A stretch of DNA of 64,000 nucleotides from Eledone cirrhosa (Eukaryota), in contig OZ024747.1 in assembly GCA_964016885.1 (NCBI GenBank), positions 84,816,001-84,880,000 on the forward strand. Direction: 5' to 3'. Each line of letters begins with the position of its first letter. Position 1 is the stretch's first letter. The translations under genes were made by a program, and so were the position numbers. The notes under the pieces are model-generated. The model was given only the letters and a program-made list of their open reading frames with translations. It did not search any database and was not told the DNA's origin. This document shows positions 23,511 to 36,240 of this stretch, one piece after another.

Positions 23511-23884
23511 CTAATAAAATTCAAAAAATAAAATTTAAATTGCCAGGAAGATATGAATTAGTTCAATACTTTTATCATTTTAACTATTTATGTATTTTAA
23601 TATAACATAAGATTAATTAGTCTAATATTTTAACATCTCAATGAATGGATAAAATATATAGATAAGATATCACAGAGAAGCAATATTACATTAAATTTAA
23701 GTGAAAAAAACTATTCATGGGAATATAAGCCAGACAGACCAAAAAGATGTTAGTCTATCTCTTATACATCGATCTCTCTACCATGGTTTCATTAGGGGAA
23801 GTAATTACTTGAAGAATCCGCTAACTCACCAGGATACATACAGTAGTGTACAATTGGATTAATTGAATTATCAAAGATATTTAC

Positions 23885-24028
23885 CTGCCATAAATCAAAG
23901 CCCACAGCACCAATATTAGTGTATTTGTAGAGATTTGCATCTGGAGAATAGTCTGGGTTATCAATTTCTGGATGGATCCACTCGCCCTTGTAGTTAGGAT
24001 TGTCAATCTGCTTGGGTTTCCATTCACC
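23885..24028 (-). CDS. CALR: Calreticulin exon 7
   Basis: GEWKPKQIDNPNYKGEWIHPEIDNPDYSPDANLYKYTNIGAVGFDLWQ; 144 bp. Confidence 0.96.
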
Positions 24029-24117
24029 CTGTAAACAACAATATTAGTCAGCATGTGAAATCTGAAGGCAACAATGCTGAGCAGGTCAAACATATTTTAC
24101 AGTGTGAGCTGACTTAC

Positions 24118-24306
24118 TTTATAAGCTGGGTTATCAATCATAGGGGGTTCCCATTCTCCATCCATATCATCATCCCAATCATCAGGTTTCTTGGCGTCAG
24201 GGTCAGGAATGTGCTCAGGTTGATCCCAATCCTCAGGTTTTTTGTCTTCAGGATCATCCATTTTTTCACGATCATCCCAGTCCTCTGGTTTCTTTGCACT
24301 TGGATC
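24118..24306 (-). CDS. CALR: Calreticulin exon 6 (P-domain repeats)
   Basis: [63 protein letters not shown]. Confidence 0.96.
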
Positions 24307-25074
24307 CTAATAATTATAAAAAGTTTTTAAAAAACGAAAAAATTCAATTAGAGCTGCAGCTAATGTTGATATATGTAGTAATAATCAGAAACATAGTTAA
24401 ATGTAAAAACATTTGAGATTCTAATTGCAGAGACTAATCATTAGTATGAAATCAGAATTGCAAAATTTCAGTTAAAGGTTCAATAACAGCCCGTCATCAA
24501 TTTTGCATCTGCTTTTTCAAGAATTTGTTAAGATGAGACTTTTCGAGGCAGTATTTTATGGTTGGATGTCCTTCCAGACACTTTTTAAATTCAACTGAAC
24601 TTCACACACCAAGCTGCAAAATATATCATCTGCCCAGTGTCACTCAAAATACTTTAGCATTTTAATATGGGTTCCAGAACTTTGTGTGAAGCTAAGCCTG
24701 AAAACAACAGTCAAAACCTGCCACAAAGCATTACCTGATGCTGGTTAAGTGATAAACACCTCATTTTACCACTAATTTTGAATAAATGGATCCCCATTAT
24801 ATTGTTGTATTGTTACTGAGGAATAGAGTAACTTGCTTAGCTTTTGATACCAACCCACCCCAAACCACCCATTTTAAAAGATTCCTATCTAAATTAGAAT
24901 CTTCCAACATAATTTTACATAACCATATATTAAGTTATTTAGTAATGAAATAATTTTAGTAAATCCCTTTCAAATTCTTCATGAATTCATTTAAATAGAG
25001 TATTTCATTAAAAAATATGGTAACATTAGGCTTAAATGTGAAATGTATAATTGTAAAAAAAAAAAGATATTTAC

Positions 25075-25209
25075 CTTGATTTTCTTGGGTGGCAAGAAAT
25101 CCCAGTCAGATTCTAAATCACCACTTTCAACTTTCTCATTATCAATTTTCACTTCATAAGTGTTGTCTGGTTTAAGTATCAGTGTGTACAAATGGCTGTA
25201 AACATCATC
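25075..25209 (-). CDS. CALR: Calreticulin exon 5
   Basis: DDVYSHLYTLILKPDNTYEVKIDNEKVESGDLESDWDFLPPKKIK. Confidence 0.96.
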
Positions 25210-25496
25210 CTGTAACAGTTAGAAACGAAAATGTTAATTCACAGACGATATAATCAATATGATCAAACCTTTTTTTCCTTTTCTGCAATACATCATTTAA
25301 CATCTATTTTCCATGCTTGTTTAGAAGGTGGTAGTGCTGGTGCCATAATAAAAGGCACAGGCCACCTTGGAAGGTGGTAGTGCTGGAATCATGATAAAAT
25401 GCTCCCAGTACATGCTGTAAAGTGATTGACATTAGAAAGAGAATCCAGCTATAGAAACCAAGTTAAACATTTTACGAGCGGGACTTAATCACCTAA

Positions 25497-26132
25497 CCAG
25501 CACTACCACCTTCTAAGGTGGACTGTGTGCTTTTTATTATGGCACCAGCACTACCACCTTCTAAGGTGGACTGTGTGCTTTTTATTGTGGCACCAACACT
25601 ACCACCTTCCAAGGTGAACTGTGTGCTTTTTATTATGGCACCAGCACTACTACCTTCCAAGGTGGACTGTGTGCTTTTTATTATGGCACCAGCACTACCA
25701 CCTTCCAAGGTGGACTGTGTGCTTTTTATTATGGCACCAGCACTACCACCTTCCAAGGTGGACTGTGTGCTTTTTATTATGGCACCAGCACTACCACCTT
25801 CCAAGGTGGTCTGTGTGCTTTTTATTGTGGCACCAGCACTACCACCTTCCAAGGTGGACTGTGCTTTTTATTATGGCACCAGCACTACCACCTTCCAAGG
25901 TGGACTGTGTGCTTTTTATTATGGCACCAGCACTACCACCTTCCAAGGTGGACTGTGTGCTTTTTATTATAGCACCAGCATTACCACCTTCCAAGGTGAA
26001 CTGTGTGCTTTTTATTGTGGCACCAGCACTACCACCTTCCAAGGTGGACTGTGTGCTTTTTATTATGGCACCAGCACTACCACCTTCCAAGGTGGACTGT
26101 GTGCCTTTTATTGTGGCACCAACACTCCCACC
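25497..26132. repeat. 48-bp tandem minisatellite (~13 copies) in calreticulin intron 4, with an inverted 1.3-unit copy at 25324-25386
   Basis: Unit GCACCAGCACTACCACCTTCCAAGGTGGACTGTGTGCTTTTTATTATG; one unit lacks 2 bp (~25860). Confidence 0.95.
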
Positions 26133-26234
26133 TGATGATAATACTGACAATCTCCACATTCATATTTAAAAACACCTTATGTTATAGAACCCCAATGATA
26201 CAAACTGATAGAATCTTAAACATCACACACTTAC

Positions 26235-26329
26235 CTTGCATCGGATATCTTTTTTAGTCAGCAAGTTCTTTCCTTTGTAGTTAAAGATGACATGTACTTT
26301 CTTGGTGCCAGGACCACAGATATCAGGAC
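26235..26329 (-). CDS. CALR: Calreticulin exon 4
   Basis: GPDICGPGTKKVHVIFNYKGKNLLTKKDIRCK; 95 bp. Confidence 0.96.
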
Positions 26330-27812
26330 CTAAAGTTATACAATACATTCATTATTATTGTTTGCATTCTAGCATGTATTTTCTTTTACTAGTTTCACCG
26401 TGAGTTACGCCCCTTATTACCTGCATGCACATACAACCAAATCACGTATTGTAAGTGGTGGCAGAATTTAAGAATAAGGTCACCTTAATGATGTTATTAA
26501 TGCTCCGCATTCAGAAGGTGAGTAGACCATATATCTAATGAAATACACTATATATCAATTCATGAAGAATTTACTAAAATTTATTATTCCATTACATCTA
26601 GTTCTATCAAATTATATTGAAATATTTTAATTTAAACAGGAATTCTTTAAAATGGGTGGTTTTGTTTCATAGAACCAAAGCTGATTATGGGCAGGTTAAT
26701 ATCAAAATGGTAAAGTCCTACCTACAACATTCAACATTAATGTTGTCTATTCCTTCATAGTTTATTATCAACTAGGTTAAACAGACCAGTGAGAACATTG
26801 CAAATAAAGATTTCAGTAACAATATACAATCATTCTTCTTGTTTATTAGAACTCTACAAACCCAGACCCTCCTACCCCAATCAAGTATTTGGTCTTATCA
26901 CCAATAGGTCAGTTATGTGAAACAGAATACACAACAGAGCAAAACACTAAAAACATTCGTCTTCTTTGCTAGCAAAGGATGAATGAGTCATTACAGACCA
27001 AAGGATAAATGAGTCATCCATGACTGTAGGCGATGGGAGGGGGGCACATTTCGCATTTGTACTAGCATTAGCAAGGTTTTCATCTCTTTGACAAAACTGA
27101 CATGTCCTCTCGACTTAGGAAAGCAAGTAGGAAACTTGCCAATCACTAACCACTACACAGAATGCACTGGATACGTTTTATCTTTGCTCCAGCACTAAAG
27201 AGGTTGTTGCCAACTGAAGTGAAGAGCCCCCTTTAGTAGGAGTCGGGTAGAGATTGACTTGTCTCAAGTGTTTGGAAGGGAATAGGATAGAGGGAGGTAA
27301 AGTGAGGATGCCACATATGGTGTCATGGGTGACGTGCATTGGAGTTTAAAGAGATATATTGTGGGAGTTTGCAGGGTGATGTGAAAGAGGAGAGGGGATA
27401 CAGTAAAGATAAATGCAGTTAATTACACGATGCAAAGTTAGATGCTAAATTTTCTATTCTCCCCAATGTTGAAAACTTCAATATGAACTTGGAAAGGTGG
27501 TGAACCACACCTATTTAGAAACTCAGAGAATGCATTTATAATTTACCAGCAAACATGGTTACAAAACTCGTCCAAGGAACTTATTACCACCATTTTATGC
27601 TTATTTTTCATGCTTGCATGGGTTAGACAAGTTGTTACATTCTGAGGCAAGACAAGTCAACTGACTGTCTTGCTCATACGTTCAATTTTAGCATGGTTTA
27701 ACGACAACCACTTCATAGCATGTATCACCCGACAGGAGGGATTTGGTGCTTTTTACATGGCACCAGCACTACCACCTTCCAGCATGACGTAGTAAACAAT
27801 GGTTGAACTCAC

Positions 27813-28016
27813 CAAACATAATGAGATATGGAGAATCGCCATGAAGATTTTTCTGGTCAATATCATCACCGTACAATTTGATGTATCCACCACCACAGTC
27901 AATATTCTGCTCATGTTTCACTGTAAACTGGAGAACAAGTGGTTCATTTTCATTGCTGTATTTATCAAATTTTGCTGAAACTCCATAGAATTTGGCATCC
28001 TGAGTTGTTTTCAAAC
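27813..28016 (-). CDS. CALR: Calreticulin exon 3
   Basis: GLKTTQDAKFYGVSAKF...VKHEQNIDCGGGYIKL...PYLIMF, containing the calreticulin family signature KHEQNIDCGGGY; 204 bp. Confidence 0.97.
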
Positions 28017-28141
28017 CTGTATGGAGGTAAAAGAATTTTTTTTTTTTAATTAGTACAATGGTAGCCCATGTGCATGGGTAAAAGAAGATGTGGATATTTT
28101 ATGTCATGAATTTCAAATAAATTCATTGTTAATCATTGTAC

Positions 28142-28249
28142 CTTTGTCTTTTGTGGCATCGCCATAAAATTTTCCAGCAGATATTTCGAATTTTCCTTGA
28201 TCACTGCCTTTGTATATAGAATCGACCCACTTCGAACGCCAAGAATCAT
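28142..28249 (-). CDS. CALR: Calreticulin exon 2
   Basis: DDSWRSKWVDSIYKGSDQGKFEISAGKFYGDATKDK; CAG/GTAC boundaries. Confidence 0.95.
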
Positions 28250-31200
28250 CTGAAATATATAAATGGGTTTAAATTATAGTGGTTTATCAAATATATATCT
28301 TTTTTTTTTATTATAGAAGTATGTTTTCTAAAGATTTGAAAACCTAATAGCTACATTAGAACAATGTAGAACTTATATTTTAATACAAACTTTTATAATT
28401 GCTGTTAGAAACTAAATAGAAAAAGATAAATTCATCATTTGAATAATAGTTAACTTGTTCGATTAAAACATTAACTACCTAATTTTATATGACCCTTCAT
28501 ACTATGACCAAATTATGAAAAAAAAAAAAAAAAAAAAAAGCGATAATCTAAAATACTCATTGTAAGCAAGTAGCTGTGAAACTTTTTTCTAATTTTCAAT
28601 TGACCATAATAAACCATTTATTTCCCTCCACCCACGATACATGATAATAGCAGGAAATTTAAAGTGAAATAGGCATGAAATATGGCAATGAGAAAAAAAC
28701 TTTAGGGGAGTGTTCTGCATATTAAATACAAATACGGTAGGGTTAAAACATCTAATCGATAAGGAGAAAAACTTTAATTAGCACAACAATACATTTATTC
28801 CCACTAATTGCACATTTAATCGAAAATGTTCAACTCACTAAATTATGTACGGCCCTGCTATATTTGTATGGAAGACTATACAGGCTACAGATTTCTATCA
28901 GCAAGTAATCCGATAAAAAAAAGCTGACAGACGGAATGTTTTAAAAAGCGGTGTCAAATTTTCCCATTGTTGAGAAATTTTCTAAAAATATATGTATTGA
29001 CATTTAATTCTGAAATATATCAAAGTGTTATATTGGTTATTACACATTATTTGTTCCGGATTAAGAACAGAATGGTGAAACCGTTAGGGACCAAACTACA
29101 AGTCCTCGACATTACACATATACTATCTGATTCTACAAGACAAGCTAACGATCACTGAAAATACACTGCAATGCAGTTGGCTGCACCAAGGAAGGTCTGA
29201 AAAAAGATTTCGATAGAGACTGAACTGCCACTGCAGGCACATTCATTTCTTACACACGTGTATGTTATAATAGTATAGCTACAAATCCAAGCAAACCGAA
29301 AATTATGTAGGAAACTATGTACTGCTCAAATTAGGGATTCAGATTCTGCGGGAAGCATTGAAAATCAAATAAGAATAGATAAGAGACTGCATGTCAGAGA
29401 TCGGTTACCCTTGGACAGGGTGACATAATTCAGAGAAAAGATGAACGGCAATAAACACAGATCAGAGTACTCTTTCAGACAGGAGAAACAAGACAACTAT
29501 AACCCAGTTTCATATTTAATCAGTAATTCCGAGAGCATTCACAAGCAGGAACACAATCAAAGAAATATTTTTACTTGTAAATCAGAAGAAATGTATAAAG
29601 ACTGTGCTGTACAATCAAACTATTATAGTACACAAGAAACACTCCAAGTATAACAATTAACGTGTACAATGCGATAAGTTTTTAAATGACCAACTAAACT
29701 CTAGGGCAGATGAAGTTATTAGAAAAGCAGTTTTTACTGGAAAGGAGGGCTCTTTTTATTGTAAACTACCGAACGTTGGTTATATGCAATTAAATTTTAC
29801 TGGGATTTTTTTCCACCTTTCTACTTTCACAAACATTAATTTGGATACCTTCACCAAACGGTTAAGCACTTGGATAATTTCGTTGTAAAAAAAAAAAAAA
29901 AATCTAGCGCACTCGTTCCCAAACTTTGTCGTGGAACTCGCCTTTAATAAGACATTAAATGAAACCAAAAAGGTTTTAAAGATGGAATATATAAGAAAAC
30001 CATGCAGTGAAACCTCAGACATTTTTTGCGGAATTCCAGGTTAATCGAAACCTATTATTTACCGATATTGACACATCAGCAAAATGATCTCTAACTCAAG
30101 GCCACAAATATTAAGTGGTATAATAAAATTTCTTAGTCAATATATATCCATCACAGGATAATTTTTTTTACTGTTTTGTGTTAATTAGGGTTACTTAGAA
30201 TTTTGATGGTGAAGTTTATTTTACCTATGTCTTTTTATTTCAAACGAATATGGCCTTCAAAAATATGTACTGTTTTTTCTGTTGCTCTCCCACCCAAGAA
30301 CTCCATAGCACCCGTCACGGAGACGGGGATAATAAAAACCTGACCCCAGTCTAGCAGAAGATCCCAGATATTATTAGGATAGGATGAAGTCATTTAAATC
30401 GACTTCAGTATTGGGCTGATATTTTTTTTTTTTTAGTTATAAACCCAATTAAAATATTTTTTTAATACATAATTTATTTAACATTTCTCTACACATATCG
30501 AAATACAAGAAACTAGTTATATTTCAACAGCAATCGAGAATAAATGACAAAATACCGAAACACATGGTTTTTGATGTAGCTTCTCCAGACGATCAGTAAA
30601 TTATAAATATATTACATATAATTTACTGAACGATTGTAGGTATGCCGCCCGCTTTTCCATGCTTGCGCACACACATACTTTTATGTGTGTAAACGAAATC
30701 ATACTGATCATTTTTATTATTTTGGTCGTTCTTGTTTAGCCCTAGGTCAGCCCCAATTGAGCAGACCTGACTACATTGTTGAATATGTGCTAATGTTTTT
30801 TTTTTTTTTTTTTTTTTAAAGAGTGACCTGAGGGCAATTTGGCTACTATTTCCAACAGATTAAGCGACCATGTAAACTATCTTATTGGCTCGCGATTAAT
30901 AATGTTATATTAAGACCTTTGTTAGAAATTATCAATATTTAATGAGACGTTAAAGTGGAAAAGAAAAAAAAGGCGTTTATAGACAGAATTTTCAAAATAT
31001 GTTGGGTGAAATTTAGCAAACACAAGCCTTTCTCTCTGCTTTTTTAATCAATAATTAAACATCAATAAAATAACATATCCATGAAGCCAAGTCCTGTTGC
31101 AGTTAAAAAAAGGTTTCGATTCCAAGTCGAAGCCATTTTCAACACTTACTCTGCTAAAGCTCTAGTAAAAATCTTAAACTCTACATATCTATATTTTTAA

Positions 31201-31486
31201 CTACCTCAATAAACTAGAGGAAATAAATCAACATAACTTTTCATATATTTTTCAATTTTACATTTTCTTCTGAATAAGTAATCATATTTCATCTACACCT
31301 TCTAAATTAGCATTTAAAATAGATATAATTTTTTCTCCAGCTCTCGAGTATAGTTCTTTGAAACTAAAAGAAAGTCACCAAAATCGAGAAAAAGTAATTT
31401 TATTTCATTTCCTTCCCGTCTAATATGATGATGATGATGATAGATGAAGAAAAATGAGAGGAATATCAAGTTTTTTTTTTACTCAC

Positions 31487-31574
31487 CAATGAATTCTTCT
31501 TTGAAATACACTTTCGCATGAGAAAGAGCAACTATAACTAAGAAAAGCCCTCCGTATAGCGTAAGGCGCTCCAT
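31487..31574 (-). CDS. CALR: Calreticulin exon 1 (signal peptide)
   Basis: MERLTLYGGLFLVIVALSHA-KVYFKEEFI; GTGAGT donor. The 11 exons sum to 1248 nt (415 aa plus stop). Confidence 0.93.
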
Positions 31575-31746
31575 GCTTTCTTTTTTTATTATTATTTTAA
31601 AAAAAAATTCTTTTGATTAAGATGGGATCGAGAACGACAGTTGAGCCAAGACTGAAACCACGGCGCTGACTGAAACAGAATAGGTTTTGTAATTGTATTT
31701 GTTTCAAAGAGCGATGAAGGTAGGGGTGGCACATGTGATGAAGACA

Positions 31747-31765
31747 GATGGAAGCTTTTCATTGG
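31747..31765 (-). promoter_or_regulatory. ERSE-like element (CCAAT-N9-CCATC)
   Basis: Minus strand reads CCAAT GAAAAGCTT CCATC; correct spacing, two mismatches in the CCACG half. Confidence 0.5.
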
Positions 31766-31777
31766 TTCATCCGTTCA

Positions 31778-31796
31778 CCAATCGTAGCTCACCACG
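31778..31796 (+). promoter_or_regulatory. ER stress response element (ERSE-I) in the calreticulin promoter
   Basis: CCAAT CGTAGCTCA CCACG is an exact CCAAT-N9-CCACG match, ~200 bp upstream of the ATG of an ER chaperone gene. Confidence 0.88.
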
Positions 31797-33501
31797 CGCA
31801 ATGCAGCCGTTGTTCAATCGAAATATCACACTAATGTGGCGATTCATTAGAAAAAATTGTAAGGTAGCACAAAACTGCAACAAATGTCTTAAATACTAAA
31901 CTGGTGTTATTCCATCACCATCAACACCACAATTGTCATTGAACATCATTACCACCCCAAGCTTCCTTCTTCGCGCTATCATCTTTTATTCAAATACAAT
32001 ACGTCTACTCTTAAAATTTATGTAACTATAAGAATGCGGTATGCTAGTGCCGTGGTGTTGGTGATGAGCTGATCACTCGAAGACAGATACCTATGATCCA
32101 GAAAGTTCTGAGTATGAGATGTTTACTCTTGTTGTTGCTCTGGTTTTGCCTAATGTCAGCCTTGATCAAGCAGACCTATGATCAAATCTATTTCAGCCGT
32201 AACAAACTCGTGTTTTTAGGATTCTGTGGGAATACACTATCCTTATTTAAGACAGTAGGGTGTGGTTTGGTAGAAATTTGGTTGTTATTTTCAGCAGATC
32301 GAACGATCATATAGAGGCTCTCTCAATGTTTACGCCAAATTTTGTACATCTGTGTGTATATTTATATTCGGAAGCCTATATGTGCGTGTTTGTGTTATAT
32401 TATTTTGATTTTTAGTGGTATTAATCATTAGATTGTGGCTGTGCTGGGGTAGACCTTGGCCGCCCTAGAGATACAGTAAGTCAATGAGTTTAAATAGCTT
32501 ATGTTCACTTCTAAAAGTTCGTATTTAAAGTTTGGAATAGTAGCAGTAATTCAGGGAAACTATAGCTAGTTTGAATTAAACAAGTTGCAGAAGTAACATT
32601 ATACATATATTCTTGGATTAAAGTTCATTTTATGTTACAAATATTGTATGACCGGAGAAATCTTTCCTTCCTTTCGTGAAACCTCAACTCCTGTTAAAGT
32701 CATAGACATATGGTGCGTCTTCGGCGTTTTAAACTGGCAGGACTCCTCACCCCCTCTTAAGGTATGATCACACAGCTGATTTCTTTCAGAAAGAAAAATT
32801 GACTCCATCACAACACTGGTACTTTCTCTGAAGATCCCCCTAACCTTTCCCCCGAAGTGATGTATGACATATGTGACCTTAGCAGGATTTTCACTCAGAG
32901 TGCAGCGCTACAGTGAATACCACAGAGTATTCTACCCCCATGCGTAGAAGTGATGAAAGGCGATCTCAAGATGATATACCTCACAAAGGAGATAGCAAAC
33001 AAATGTTTTGGAGATTACCCATAGCAAACAAACACAATAAGTGATGAGATTGTTTTGGAGATCACCCATGCAAGCATGGAAAAGTGCACATAGACAAAAT
33101 AATTGTTTCTACTTTAGGCACAAGGCGCATTACTGGTACTTTATTTTATCGACCCCGTAAGGATGAAAGGCAAAGTCAACCTCGGCGGGATAAACAAAAT
33201 AATGATAATGATGTTTTCTATGAAGCATGGATTGGCGTGACATACAATGAGTATTTAAAACCTGATGGATCCCATCCTTTCTCCATGTCTGACATCACAT
33301 TTCTTTCAGAGCAGGAGAGAAAGGGTGCAAATGAGAAAGAGATATAGAGGAAGGATCATCCCCAGTATTGGACTGGTAATTTTTTTATCAACATCGAAAG
33401 GATAAAAAGAAAAGTTGTCCTCAGTGGGATTTAAACTCAGAAAGCCAGAACAAATACCACAAAACATTATAACCAACATATCAACGATTCTGTATATATC
33501 T

Positions 33502-33617
<116 letters not shown>

Positions 33618-33829
33618 TGTCCCCTCGTTATCGAATATGGCCATTGCACGAAAAAAAAACAATAATAAAAATAACGATAATAATAATAGAAGAAAAAAAT
33701 TATATATGGCCTGGGCCAATACTGGCCAAAACCTATCAAAGTTATTAAAGTTATATATATACACACACACGCACATATCTATACATATCTATGTATACAC
33801 ACACATACATATATATAATAACAATTAAT

Positions 33830-35810
33830 GGTGCTGCAACTGAATGTGGCTTTTTAGCCCAGCCAATGATCTAAAATGTCTTTCAGAGTTGGCAACCAAA
33901 ACATTCACTGGCAATAGCCGGCTGTGGTTAGAGTTCATTTACTTTTGCATGTCGTTTGAGCCCTCCTGCTGATCTACACTCTCTTCCACATGCTTGACAG
34001 GCATGATAAGTAGCATCTCCAACAGCAGCCTGCTAGTCAACCGCTGGTCTCACTTTATGACTGCGAAGATGACTTTTGAGTCCAGCTTTGCTGAGGCAGA
34101 GTCTCGAAGAGACGCTGCATGTCAGTGCCATAGGAGGACCTTCGCTGTCTGGAAATGCAACAGCAATGCCCTTCCTCACATCACTTTTTACTTTCTCGTA
34201 TGCAATTTGAGATGCCTTATAGACAACTTTCCCCTCATATACAGTCTTTCTCCATTTATTACGATCAGCAGCTACATTTTCCCATGTATCAGCAGAGATG
34301 TTAGCGTCTGTCAAAGAGGCTTTCAACGAATCCTTATACCTCTTTTTTGGTTTATGTGGATGTCGTTTTCCTTTAACTAACTCTCCATAAAAGAGTTGTT
34401 TCAGTATAGTAGAATCCTTCATCCTGGCAAGGTGATCACTCCATCAGAGTCTTTGCTTAAGCACAGGAGCTTCTATACTGTCACACAGAGAGCTTTCCAA
34501 AATCTCGACATCACTGATGTGGTCTCTCCAGTGAACACCATGGATCCGTCTGAGACAAATCGGATGGAAATGTTCCAATTGTTTAAGGTAGTGTCGATAT
34601 GTGACCCAGGTCTCGCAGGCATAAAGAAGAGAAGAGAGCACACATACCTTGTACACCTTTACCTTTGTCTTCTTGCATATGTCTCGCCGACCCCAGAGGC
34701 GTCTTTCTAGCTTTCCGAAAGCATCATTTGCTTTCTTAATCCTGAGTGGAATTTCATTATCAAGATTGCTGTATCGATTGACTGTACTTCCCAGGTAGAC
34801 AAACTGATCAACCACTCCAAGTCGTTTACCATACACATAGATATTTGGTTCACTGTACTGCTTACCAGGGGCAGGTTGGCACATGACGATGGTTTTCTTG
34901 AGTCTGACAGTCAATCCTAGGGCAGTGCAAGCATCAGAAAATGCATTCAAAATATGCTGCATATCACTCTATCACTGTGTGTGCTACAAGATCACAATCA
35001 TCTGCATACAAGAGGTCTCTTATGATTGATGTAAGTACTTTTGTTTTTGCAGCAAAGCGCCTGATGTTAAATATGCTGCCAGAGGTTCAATATTGGATGT
35101 AAACACCATGCTCGCAATTCCTGAATGCAATACAGAAAACCATTGCAAAGTATATGGCAAACAGGGTCGGTGCTGGAATATCCCCCTGTTTCACTCCATT
35201 TTTTTTACTGAGATAGGCTCCGACATGTTACCTCTGACATTAACCCAAGCCTTCATGTCATGGAAAGACCTAACCAAAGCAAGGAACTTATCAGGGCAAC
35301 CAAGTTTCTGGAGAACCTTCCTCAATGCATTTCTGTTAACATTATCGAAAGCTTTTGTCAGATCCAAACCTTGTTCCATGCACTTCTCCTGGAGCTGTCT
35401 AGGAGAGAAGATCATATCGGTAGTGCCGCGTCCAGCACGAAAACCAGATTGACTTTCAGGAAGAAGACAATCTGCAATGTGTGTCAGCAGACGGTCCAGA
35501 AGAACCCTACATAGAATTTTTCCTACGACAGAAAGCAATGATATACCTCTGTAGTTTCCACAATCGTTCTTGTTACCCTTTCTCTTGTACAAGACTACCA
35601 ATACTGCATCTATCCAGTCCTCAGGTACACATTCACTAGCCCATATCCTGCCAAACAAAGAGTGAAGATGTCGCAGAAGTCTTTCACCACCATATTGTAA
35701 GAGCTTTGCATGTATGCCATCCATACCTGGAGACCTTCCACTGTTCAGCTTTGAGATAGCTACTGCAACCTCCAGACGGCTGATGACAAATGGCTGATTC
35801 AAAAGTTCAT
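33830..35810 (-). mobile_element. 5'-truncated, frameshifted RTE-BovB-like LINE
   Basis: ORF pieces 35191-35802 (SPGMDGI, NYRGISLLS, PESQSGFR, DLTKAFD), 34444-34962 (FVYLGS, LLYACETW) and 34033-34422 (KQLFYGEL, C-terminal CSV..RLCLSKAGLKSHLRSH finger). LLYADD lies at ~35000. Confidence 0.9.
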
Positions 35811-35906
35811 CAAAGGGCTCTCGCTACCTTCGCAGAATTCCTTGTGAGTCACGAAGATATATACTTTTGAATCAGCCATCTGTCATCAGCCGTCTGGAGG
35901 TTGCAG

Positions 35907-36240
35907 GAGGCACATGGCTTAGTGGTTAGAGCATTGGCCTTGCAATCGAAAGGTTGTGAGTTCAATTCTCAGACCGGGTGATGTGTTGTTTCCTTGAGCA
36001 AGACACTTTATTTCACATTGCTCCAGTTTACTCAGCTGTAGAAATGAGATGATAGGGACTGGGGTCCCTATCATTCCACTGCAAAGTGGTCATGGAGGTG
36101 CCACAGCAAAAAAGCGCCCAGCACTCACTGTAAATGAGGTTGGCGTTAGGAAGGGCATCCAGCTGTAGAAATCAAGCCAGAATCAGTTCCCGTCCCACCC
36201 TTGCAGGCAGGGAAAAGTGGACGTAAAATGAAATGATGAT
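35907..36240 (+). mobile_element. tRNA-derived CORE-like SINE with an RTE-type 3' tail
   Basis: A-box TGGCTTAGTGG, B-box GTTCAATTC, central CCTTGAGCAAGACACTTT, then GGTTGGCGTTAGGAAGGGCATCCAGCTGTAGAAA...GGACGTAAAA as in the RTE 3' UTR at 46770-46930. Confidence 0.85.

Noticed and set aside
25493-26257. Repeat-protein ORFs (MAPALPPSKVDCVLFI etc.)
   Set aside because: By-product of a stop-free 48-bp unit inside a calreticulin intron; the frame breaks at a 2-bp deletion.
35907-35980. tRNA gene
   Set aside because: A and B boxes are present, but there is no proper acceptor stem and the sequence continues into a SINE body.
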